DNA of 64,000 bases, from positions 3,534,001 through 3,598,000 of the forward strand of contig NW_026889803.1 in NCBI RefSeq assembly GCF_033153115.1, written 5' to 3'. The notes under the pieces were generated by a model, which saw only the letters and a list, made by a program, of their open reading frames with translations, did not search any database and was not told the DNA's origin. Source of the DNA: Saccostrea echinata. Taxonomy: Eukaryota. Positions 27,592 to 38,260 of the stretch are shown piece by piece; within the stretch, counting starts at the first letter, position 1; every line of letters starts with the position of its first letter. Made by a program: the position numbers and the translations under genes.

Positions 27592-28670
27592 ACATCTCAC
27601 ACGAACGTCCGAATTTCAAACGTTTTCCAAGTCATTTTTTAACCTAGAACGTACAGTTCTGTGCCAAAAGAGAGGATAAAGATTATTACAAATTTAGTTT
27701 TTAAAAAAAAAATGGTTCATCATTTACATCAGTTCTGAAATTCAAGATTAATGTTGTCCATATAATTCAATGTGCGTATATGATACGCACTTAAATTACG
27801 ATAATTTTTTGATACCAATGCTGATCAGATAAAAAGTATTGTTTTTATCAAATAAAACAATTTCTTGGATTATCAAAAAAATTTGTGGGAAAATCTGTCA
27901 AGAAACGTCATTCCAGTGATTTTACAAAATGCTGTTTTCAATGAAATATATAGAGAAAAAAAATAAAATTGTCTTCACTTCTGGCACACATCTGTACCTT
28001 GTGCTTTAAAGTGTCTACTTAGTACCTTAACAAAGGTTTACTAGATGTTATGCAATCTATGTACTGATGTGCGAAGTATTTCAAGCATTTTATGTTTCTA
28101 GTAAGTATAATTTGAAATCCGTGTTGTTGTTTTTTTTACGTTTATTACAGATTATCAACATAGTTGCAAACCACAGCCAAAATGTAACGATCCTCTCCCA
28201 TAGTAGGAGAGACCTGGCCCTGGGGCCATGAAACTTAGTTGAGCTAACTTCTGATCTCAGTCTTACTTTTCCTCTATCAATTCCTTTGATAAGTGAGACT
28301 GAGATCGGCTGCGTGACTGAGACGATGGACCTCATCTTATGTTACATAACATAAAAAGCTCATACATGATTGGATGGCGACTAGGTGACTGTGAGATAAA
28401 ACAGCAGCTTCTGTCAGGATATCATGTCACTGAACTTTTTCTATTAAATGTAAAGCTTTTGTCAACAGATCACATAATTACAGCAATGAGACAAATGTAT
28501 TAGATTTTCATATTGATTTATATGGCAAAACTTGTTCTTGTTTTCCTTGTACAACAATTAAAATGATTTTTTCTTCATGAAACATCATTTTTTTCTGAAG
28601 TTTTATTTAATTCTATTGTATATGTAAATAAATAATTTCAAAATATTATCCACAAAATTAATATAAATAT

Positions 28671-29981
28671 TTAAAGCGCCTTCTTGATTTCTGTGTTCTC
28701 TGACTGATCCGTGACAGCCCAAGTCATATTGGCTTTAGGTGGTGCCTTCTGTCCCCCTCCACCACCTCTTTTCAGAGCCTCTAAGACCCTGATGGCCTTC
28801 TCTCTTTTCCTAGTTTCGATTTCCTTTTCATTCTTGTACATAGATCTGCGATAGATGACGACGACCACAAAGGCAATCCAGGCGAGCACGAAAGACACAG
28901 AAGTGAAAGCGTATGAAATAATCTGATACCATTCAAAACAGTCGATTCCTATGGCGATACCTATAAATCAAACGGAAAACAAAGGTATTAAAGACACTAT
29001 AACGACATTAAAAAAAGAAGAGATCTTTCCATTTCGATCATTACCTGGTATACTGTTGCAGTTGTCTGTGCTTCTACACTGTTCGCCAAAATACTGGGCT
29101 GCTCTTTGACCGCCACTACAAAGAATGCTTCCTTTTACTCGCATGCGGTACGCAGAAAAGTGGTCAAGAAACCAGAGATTGTCACAAGAGCAATCCCAGA
29201 TAATACCAGAAATATCAAGTTCCGCTAATGATGTCATATTTTGTAGAAATGTCTTTGGTAAAGTTGTAAAATTGCTATTCGCCAGATTCAGTAAAGAAAT
29301 TTTATTGTTGTACAGAAAAGTGTTGGCATCGATGGTCGTGATCCCGCAACCGCTGATGTCAATGGCGTTAACCATTGGAAGAAGATCGAAGAAGCCAGAG
29401 GAGAAATTCGTTCCCACATTTGCGTTTTTTATGGTGAGCTTTCCTTGAGGATTGGGAACCCCAGACATCTTGGTGATATTTAATCCAGAAAATGTGTCCG
29501 ACTCTGTTGATGCTATTACTCCGCCTTCTATTGTCAACGAATCTAATTCTACAAATGTAGAAAACGCGCTGCTTGGAAGACCATTGTTGAAATTGCATCC
29601 AACCATTTTTAATTCATTAATAAAGTTCAGATCAGTAAATGTCGTACTGGATATTTGTATCGTCCCTCCTGTTTTGCATCCAATTTCTAAATAATTTGTG
29701 TAGTCTCCATTTACAGCTGAATAGTTGAAGGCGCTGAAACCATTAAAGAGTTGTGATGCCGAAATGTCTCCAGTGACGTCATATATCACCAAACGTTGAG
29801 GTTCGGGGTTGCTGAAATTCACATATTCCAGTGGAAGAGTAATCGAGGCAAAATCACATATATAGAGTCCCATTGATGACGTGGATGTATCATAGGTACA
29901 TCCACTGGGAGCAGTTGCAGACGACACTATTCCAATAGAAAGTCCTAGTATTAGAAGTAGTAAGAAAGACATGATGGTCAT
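28671..29981 (-). CDS. LRR single-pass membrane protein, paralog 6 (408 aa, two coding exons)
   Basis: Exons 29981-29045 (includes the exon-2 homologous QYFGEQCRSTDNCNSIPG) and 28960-28671; 84-nt GT-AG phase-1 intron; TM; tail KREKAIRVLEALKRGGGGGQKAPP. Confidence 0.92.
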
Positions 29982-30855
29982 TTATCTTGAAAAAGTTCCC
30001 CTATTGCTAAACGTTCGACTCACATCTTTCGATAGTTACTTGACTTAGAACCTTCACCTTTCAATACTTATATTCAGGTGTTTAAATATTCGCCGTTCAT
30101 CAATGAGATAATACCTGCGTGCTATGTGTTTTTATAAAGAATTAGATCAAGGCATATTAAGAAAATGATCAAATACACGATAAGTTAGGTTTGATGTGTC
30201 AATGTGGGTTATGTTTAATTTGGCGATTATTGTATCCTTGTGAACAAACGAAATACTTATTTTGTTTACTTTTAAATAATAAGTTTTTTTAGTGCCATTT
30301 ATCCTGCTTTTTTTTAATTTTTGTAAGTTTATTTGAAGCATGCACTAGGTTTTAAGCAAATAAATATTACAGTTTTTTATAACTTCATCGTCCGCATTGT
30401 CCAGCACAGTTAGTAAAAGAGGTAAATATGCTTTAAATTATCTTGATTAATGATCAATTCTGTTCTTTTTAATGATCATTATTAAATTCATTTCACACTC
30501 TTCAATTATTTTATATATGCGTATGACATAAAACTACAATTTAAAATGTTCTTGAAAGACCGGGAGCAGTTTGTCACATCGAAGTCACCCTAAGTAGTTT
30601 AAGTCTTCTGTCATGCCAAATATCTGTTGTGTCAACAACTATTTTTATGACTTTATATATTAAGTTCAAAAGCAAATAATGATCAGAAACATTTATGAAA
30701 GAATGTTAAATTCGGTCTTTTAAAATATACACCGAAAGGGGAGGTCCTTATTGATCACGGTCATTGAATTCTCAGTGAAAAAAAATAAATCGCCTTCGAA
30801 ACCCATCTTTTAAATGAAAGACTTCCTTTGCTAAGAAAATTTGACAGAAAGGAAA

Positions 30856-32781
30856 ATGATTTTAAGAATAATTTGTTTTTTGGCACTTCAATCTCTGTGT
30901 TATGGAGCTACACATCCTACTGGGTGTACCTACGAAGAATATACAAAACCAATAGGTGTGTACACTTGTGACTTTACAAATGCAACCTTTCCAGTGGCGC
31001 TAGGATCCTTTTCAAGTCCAAATCCACAAAGACTGAAAATAACTTTTTTCAATGGTAATTTGGTAAGTTCAAGCGTTTTCTCAGGATTTGGTGCATATGA
31101 TGTTTCAACGTTTGATACAAACTACAAAGCTTCTCTCGAGATTTTCTGCGCAACAGGAGGAACACTTGGGCTTGCTACAAACTCGTTTACCGATATGACA
31201 TACATTCAAGAATTAAGGCTAACCGGCTGCAATCTAAACAACGGAATCCCAGCAAATGTATTCAATGGAATGCAGTTGGATTATCTTCAAATCGACAGAG
31301 GGATCATCGCCTCAACTGATGCATCAAGTCTTGCTGGTCTAACGATCAAAAAACTGGCCAACGTTCCAAATCCAATTGGAGGTTTTACAATTCAAAATGC
31401 CCAATTGACCACCGGGGACTTGGCCACCAATTTCTTCTCGCCCCTCACCACCGTTGTATCCATCACAGTGGACAATGCAAACCTTGTCAATCTCACCAGT
31501 GGAATGTTTTCCTCCAATACCGCTGTACAGACAATCAACCTTTCACGGAACAAATTTACCAAGGTTTCCTTCGACTTGTTCAGTGGTTTGACTTCTCTCA
31601 GTTCCATTAATATGTCGGAGATCAGCTGGGACTGCACCTGTAACGATCTCTGGTTCCAGCATTCACTTTCTTCAAATTATATTAACTTATATGGAAATAT
31701 CTTGTGCATGTCACCCACAAGTTTTCAGTGTAAGTGAATATCAGATAAATAAATGAATAAAAAAAATAATTAAAACTGAAAAAGATTAAGTTTATTTGCA
31801 CATAATTAAATTATACTTGATATAAAACAGCATTTGTGTCATTTTAGATATGAAATGGACCCAATACTACTTCAATGTGTGCGAAAAGAAGGATTTCTGC
31901 TTTGGAATACCAGGTAAGATGACATATGTGTAAATTATGTAATTCTTAATTTAACACAACACAGACGTATCATGTTGTCCAGTCTTGAAACTTATATCAA
32001 AATGCAGAATTAATCCACATTATATGAGAGATTATATAGTAATCAAATATGAATACAAATCAAATTGATTATCTTGATTGTAACTACTCCTTTGTTATTA
32101 GCAAAGGTGCTTGAGGACAGGACCCCCCCCCCCCCCCCCGATATAGACCTCCGGGCCTTTTCGACTTTTTTTCTCATAAATTATCTTTCAATGACATATT
32201 TGTGATATAATTTATACCAACAATTATAAATTTTTATGTATAGGGTAGGGTAGTAACCTTTATAAAATGTTTGTTTAAGTCAATTTTCCGAATTGATGAT
32301 AAAGAGATTATATCACAGATGGGTCATCAATATATAATTTATGAGAAAAAAGTCGAACAGGCCTGGAGGTCTATATCGGGGGGGGGGGGGGGGGGGGGTC
32401 CTGTCCTCAAGCACCTGTGGTTAATAGTGAAACAGGAAACAATTTTCCAAATTATTTCAGAATTAAACTAAAATTAAATTTAGAAACTACTTTACCTCTA
32501 CAGGTGTTGTATCCAATATCTTTTGCTACACGTGGCATCAGATTTTATTCTACTTCCTGCTGATGATCGGTTTCACCGTGTCCGCCATAGCTGTTTTCAT
32601 CGTTGTTAATGTTCGACGGAAAATGATGCAGATTATTCGTGAAATCGAGGCCAAGAAGAAAAAAGCTTATCGCAAGGTCAAAGAGGCGCTTGTCCGTGGG
32701 AGAGATGGACAGCACGCTCCGGCATCTACTGCCATGTATGGTATGAAGGAGAGGAAATGGATTGATACAAACGTTCCTTAG
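30856..32781 (+). CDS. LRR single-pass membrane protein, paralog 7 (405 aa), inverted relative to paralogs 1-6
   Basis: ATG 30856; exons 30856-31729, 31848-31913 (66 nt, YMKWTQYYFNVCEKKDFCFGIPG), 32504-32781; GT-AG phase 1. Confidence 0.92.
32097..32424. mobile_element. Foldback MITE with ~110-bp TIRs in intron 2 of paralog 7
   Basis: aggtgcttgaggacaggac-C(n)-gatatagacctcc...tcgactttttttctcataaattat mirrored at 32307-32416; ttaa at the right flank. Confidence 0.85.
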
Positions 32782-33456
32782 TCGTATATAATTATGAAGT
32801 GAGGAAAGGATATTTGACACTGTAAATCATGTCAGACAGGAGTATTGCTCTAATACTCTACTCAGAAGACAGTTTTTATTCACACTATTTTACAGGGTCA
32901 TTAGAAAAGTTACTGTATAGTCTCCACAAGAATTTTATGCTCTGGTAAAATATGATGTTTTACAGCCGTTCCACTCTCAGTATTTTCCACATTCCCAAGG
33001 AATCTATACAAAAAATTAATTTGCACAGCTCTAATGGATGAAAGAAAACAACCTTTAAAAGTAAAGCAAGAACAATTTAGAAATACTATTACGTATAGAG
33101 AAATAATGAATTCAAACGAGCAAACCTTTATAAAAATTTTATTGAAACGTTCTCCCTAACGTAGAGTGAATACCTATAAATGTGATATTTCGTCAAACAT
33201 GCTCACCGTTATCGTAATGAATATCTATTACTGTGATTTTTGTCAATCTCCATTCATGCTAAGAGATTTTCTAATTTTTTTTACTATTGTTTTTTTTCTA
33301 TGTAAATCTCTGTATACAATTGTAACATTGTGATGAGATTTATAAATTCAGTCCAATTCACACAAAGTTACAGTGTACATATAATTAGGTTTTTTAGCTT
33401 GGTTAGACTTTTTAAAGATATATTAGTGAAGTTCAAAATTTTAAAAGTTGGCAAAA

Positions 33457-33522
33457 GTTTGTTTTGTTTTGTTTTTTTGTTTGTTTGTTTGTTTTTTGTT
33501 TGTTTGTTTTGTTTTGTTTTTT
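33457..33522. repeat. (TTTG)n-type microsatellite
   Basis: Direct reading. Confidence 0.85.
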
Positions 33523-35408
33523 GCAAAGTGCCAAATTTTTATCAATTAATGAAAATACATCTACATGATTTGTGAAAATAATTTGTTTTGGTTACTAGTA
33601 TCAATGCCGTGCATTTATTTATTTCTTTTTAAATGAGAATGGAAAATGTCAGTTTGATATTAACTTATACATCAGTCTTAGAATAAAGGTGATGTTCAGT
33701 CGGTAAAAGGTAATCATTTTTTTTTTCACATCATTATTGAACAACGTTGCTACCGCGGTATGGATAGGAGCTGTCAAAAGTCCTAGAAGACGTTAAGACA
33801 TTAATATTTGCATCCACTGAATATTATTTCCTTTATTTTTTTAAGAAACCCATTGCCGTTTATCTGTGAGTAAACAACATTAAGCAAGCCACTTGTATAG
33901 ATTTCTTGAGCAACGGCTGTTCCATCAATTATACATACAATGTCATACACTTCTATAATACAATATTTAACATGTTTAATTTTACTTTGAATGTTTTTTT
34001 TTATTCAGATATAAATATAAACAATAAAATGACTTTCTTTGTTTATTCGTACTGGAATTAATGTCGCAGCTATTGCAGAAATTTTTTTTTTAAAAATGTA
34101 TTTTTTCTGCAACAGCTGCGACATTAATTCCCGTACTAACAACCAAAGAAAGCATTTTATTGTTAAACCTAATGCTTTCTTGTTTCTGGCTATTTTGGGT
34201 TCTGTAGAAAAAGAAAACGATGACTTCAAACTATGACCATGATTTCCTTATTATCTCTCTTTGGAAGGGGTGCAACCCTTCAATTGAACAAATCTAAATT
34301 CCTTTGCCAAAGTATGATATATGGCAGATTTGTTAAAATTTTCCTGTGGTTTTCAAAAAGTGGAAAATGTGAAAAGTTAATCGACAGACATGGTACAAAC
34401 TTCAATAAAAAAGGCTCCTTTGGTCTTAGGCTTATGTGAGCAAATAATTTTAGAAAACATATAGTTCAGCATTAAAGTAGAAACTCTAAAGAGACCTCAT
34501 ACTGAACGTTTTTCATGTTGAATGAAGCCTTTTAAAAATGATAATGACAGGTGTTTCATAGACTATTGTTTCTCTGTTACCTTTTTAATTTACTCTTTTT
34601 GTAATCAACAATGTAAATTGTCGATCATATTTTAAAGAGCATAAACAGGCCATTTATTAATTTTATCGATGCATTTCAGCGAACCACAACTATAATCCAG
34701 TTGATTGTATATTTGTAGTAACTTTAATACACCAATACATGTAGCAAATACAGTGTATTCGCATCAGGCTGGACGTGATTTATGTCATTTTAATAACACA
34801 AGGTAAATATGACTTTTTTCCCGGACAAGTTACTGCTTAATGAATTTTTTTATTTATATGTTTGGAAGAAAAAGGATCTTGTTAGAATCTGCTATGGCTC
34901 AATTAAGCACATCTAGTTAAAATATTATACTAAGAATCTTTCAGAATGAGCTTGCCAGAACCCGAATGATTATTGTCAGAATATTTTATGAGGTGGTCCT
35001 CTTCATTATTCAGTTAAAGATTTTTCAATTTTCTAAATGAACCATAGAATTGTATCTACACGTTAAAAAATTCCTATCACTTACAGTGAAAATTCTAATT
35101 TACATAGAGATGGTATAATAATAAAATAATAAGCAATCCGCCAAAATACAAAAAACAAAAAAAAATCACTACATTGTATTTATCAAAAAACAAACAAACA
35201 AAAATTGGCATAACTGCTGATTCGAGAGAGAATATAATAATCTTAAAGTATATTTATTAATTTTTTTTTCTGATCAGTTTTACTCAACCATACAAATCTG
35301 AACGTATATTATTTCTAAGTTGATATTGAGAAAATAATGACAGTATAAATATTAAATGGCAAATGAAACAATTCATTTAAAAAATCATTGATTTTATTCC
35401 AGAAGGAA

Positions 35409-36386
35409 ATGGCAAAGTGTTCGAAGAATCAAAGAAGAATTGTAATGAAACTTGTCTTTACTCTTGTTGTCCTTTACGTTATCGTCTTCATTTTTGTGTT
35501 TCTAAAGAATCACAGTGCAGCAATGACAGATTTACCCTACTTATTACCGGAAGTTGATTATCTTATAAACAATAAACACATATGCAGTTTTCCCAACCAG
35601 ATATCATGCATTGTGTTGGTCAATACAAAAGTACACAGTTTTGAGAGGCGAATGGAAATGAGAAGAACTTGGCTAAATTCGTCTCTCTACAGTCCTTTTA
35701 TTGTGCGTGTAGTTTACGTAATTGGAAAGTCTACAAAACTTAAAATTCAAAAAAGAGTGAAACTGGAGAATATCATACATTCAGACATCATACAAGGTGA
35801 CTTTCCTGATATACCTAGACATTCGATTTTCAAGGGTTTTAAGTGGGTGTCAGAATATAGTCCAAACTCCAAGGTTGTACTGAAAACAGAGGAAAATGCA
35901 TTTGTGAATCTCTTTCTTTACTTCAAACCCTATCAATATGAACTTCAAAACGCAAAGAACTTCATTTTTGGGAATATCTATTCAAGGATTCAATGAAGAT
36001 TTTTCGCAATGTCAAAAGTGATTACTATATTCCACCAAACCAATATCAAGGATTGTCAGTTTATCCATTTCCATACTCTAGCTTTTTTGTTAACTTCATT
36101 TCTCCAAAACTTGGTACCAAAAATGTACCAGATAACCAAATCGGAGTCACTCGTCCAAATCGAAGATGTATTTTTGCTTGGCCATATTCTACACTTAGTT
36201 GAAACTTTACATGAAATTCACTTACATTTTATAAAGGCAAATGACGTAGTAACATTCAGTGAAGGCGAATGGCTCAATTATTACAAAAACAAAACAGACT
36301 GCGACCTCTTGGCTGTTAACGGGTTCACAAAGAGGCTGGGTATAAACAGATGTTTTTATGCTGTTTTGAACAGGATGATGATCTAA
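35409..36386 (+). pseudogene. Beta-1,3-galactosyltransferase-like (GT31) gene with two compensating frameshifts and a degenerate DDD motif
   Basis: Type II TM, then GT31 motifs in order: FERRMEMRRTW, VRVVYVIG, DIIQGDFPD, VLKTEENAFVN (canonical KTDDDxFVN), then in a second frame SDYYIP..YPFPY, then back in the first frame IEDVFLLG. Indels near 35984 and 36106; acceptor AG at 35401-35402 just upstream of the ATG. Confidence 0.8.
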
Positions 36387-36737
36387 AAACAAACTTCTAA
36401 TTATGGTCTTATTGACAAAGCATCTTTGAAACCTAATATTAATTATAGGTAACTTATCGGCAGATGTATTGATGTGGTTTTAAATGACATGATAAACTGA
36501 AAGCAAAAGTTTATGTATTTTACGTTGGTTTAAATATAAAATTATATGCATATTCTAGTATGTAAAAGAATTCGAAATAGATTTATATTTAATTGTTTAA
36601 GAAATTTGGATATGATTTCCTTAACTCCTAATTTTGTAAATTTGTAATAAAATGCCAAAGAGCAAAAAGACTCGGCAACGTCACATTTTTCCTCTTGACA
36701 AATATTCTCTTACCCATAAAGCACCTGTTAATATTGA

Positions 36738-37857
36738 TTTTTATGCCCCCGTATCGAAGTTTCGGGGCTATATAAGTTTTTGTCCGTCCGTCTGTCTGTC
36801 TAACTGTCTAGCTGTCTGTCCGCAAAAACTTTAACCTTGCCCTTAACTTTTGATTGGTTGGAGCTGTAGCTTTCATATTTCACATGTGTATTCCTTGTGA
36901 CAAGACCTTTCTTTGGGTACCACCATTTTTGACCTTGACCTTGGCCCAGGTTTGAAAAATTTTACCAAAGTTTAATCTTGGCCATAACTTTTGAACAATT
37001 GGTGCTAGGGCTTTCATACTTCACGTATATAATTCATGTGACAAGACCTTCCTTTGGATACCAACAACTTTGACCTTGACCTTGGAGTTTGACCTACATT
37101 TGAAAAAACTAAACCTTGGCGATAACGTTTGAACGGTTGGTACTAAGGCCTTCATACGTCACATATGTAATCCTTGTGACAAGACCTTTCTTTGGATACT
37201 AACAACTTTGACCATTTGACCTTGACCTTGGAGTTTGACCTTCTTTTGGAAAACTTTAACATTGGCCATAACTTTTGAACAATTGGTGCTAGGGCTTTCA
37301 TATTTCACATGTGTAATCCTTGTGACAAGACCTTTCTTTGGATACCAACAACTTTGACATTGACCTTGGAGTTTGACCTACTTTTGGAAAACTTTAACCT
37401 TGACCACATCTTTTGAACGGTTGGTGCTAGGGCTTTCATGCCTTACATATGTAATCCTTGTGACAAGACCTTTCTTTGGATACCAACAACTTTGACCCTT
37501 TGACCTTAACATTGGAGTTTGACCTCTATTGGAAAACTATAACCTTGGTCATAACTTTTGAACGATTGGTGCTTCGGCTTTCAAATTTCGCCTGTGTATT
37601 TCTTGGGAGAAGGCCTTTCCTTGGGCACCATTAATTTTGACCTTGACCTTGATGTTTGACATACTTTAAAAAAAAAACTTTTAACTTTTTCCATATCTAT
37701 TCAATGGTTGCTGCTAGGGCTTTCATATTTCACAGGTTTATTCCTCGCGACAAGACCTCGCTTTGGGTAGCAACATATTTGAATTGCATTTGAGAAAGTT
37801 TAACCTTTGCTATAAGTTGCCATACGGGGGCATCAGTGTTTCACAAACACATCTTGT
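36738..37857 (+). mobile_element. Helentron-associated HINE (CvA/pearl-type) carrying ~6 Cg170-like ~160-165-bp satellite units
   Basis: subTIRs atgcccccgtat / atacgggggcat, (gtct/gtcc)n microsatellite, tandem units with gaccttgaccttggagtttgacc and tgtgacaagacctttc, 3' hairpin gtgtttcacaaacac, T-rich flanks. Confidence 0.85.
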
Positions 37858-37906
37858 TTTTTTCTTTGGTTGTAACTTTTGCACCAAAAGAGACAGGGTT
37901 TTCATA

Positions 37907-38260
37907 TTTTTATGACCCCGTAACCGAAGATTCGGTGATATATAGTTTTTGCCCTCTCCGTCCGTCTGTCTTTCTGTTGTTTATCTGTTTGTCTATTTGT
38001 CCGAAAAACTTTAACATTGCTCATAACTTTTGATTGGTTAGAGCTATGGCTCTCATATTTCACATGAGTATTCCTTGTGACAAGTCCTTTCTTTGAGTAC
38101 CAAAATATTTGAACTCTTAACCTTGACCTTGGAGGTTGATCCAATTTTGCGAGAAATTACCCAACTTTAACCTTGGTCATAACTTTTGAACAGTTGGTGC
38201 TAGGGCTTTTATATCTCACATATGTATTCATTGTGATAAGACCTTTCCAGGAATATGAAT
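37907..38260 (+). mobile_element. Second, 3'-truncated HINE of the same family
   Basis: tttttatgaccccgtaaccgaagattcgg, microsatellite, ~1.5 satellite units. Confidence 0.75.

Noticed and set aside
13931-30001. NF-kB sites (aaagttccc) near the starts of paralogs 3 and 6
   Set aside because: Two mismatches to GGGRNNYYCC, different positions and absent from the other paralogs.
5723-31637. Short antisense or overlapping ORFs within the LRR exons
   Set aside because: Shadows of the coding strand with no independent motifs.
5356-31737. ORF-track proteins taken as secreted single-exon LRR proteins
   Set aside because: In the six three-exon genes the ORF runs past a consensus GT donor at the homologous position and lacks the fourth LRRCT Cys, which exon 2 supplies; in paralog 6 the ORF runs into the intron before the TM exon.
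4877-32781. VLR-like somatic assembly locus or Toll-like receptor cluster
   Set aside because: Every LRR block belongs to a complete gene; I found no free LRR cassettes or incomplete germline gene, and no TIR domain in any tail.
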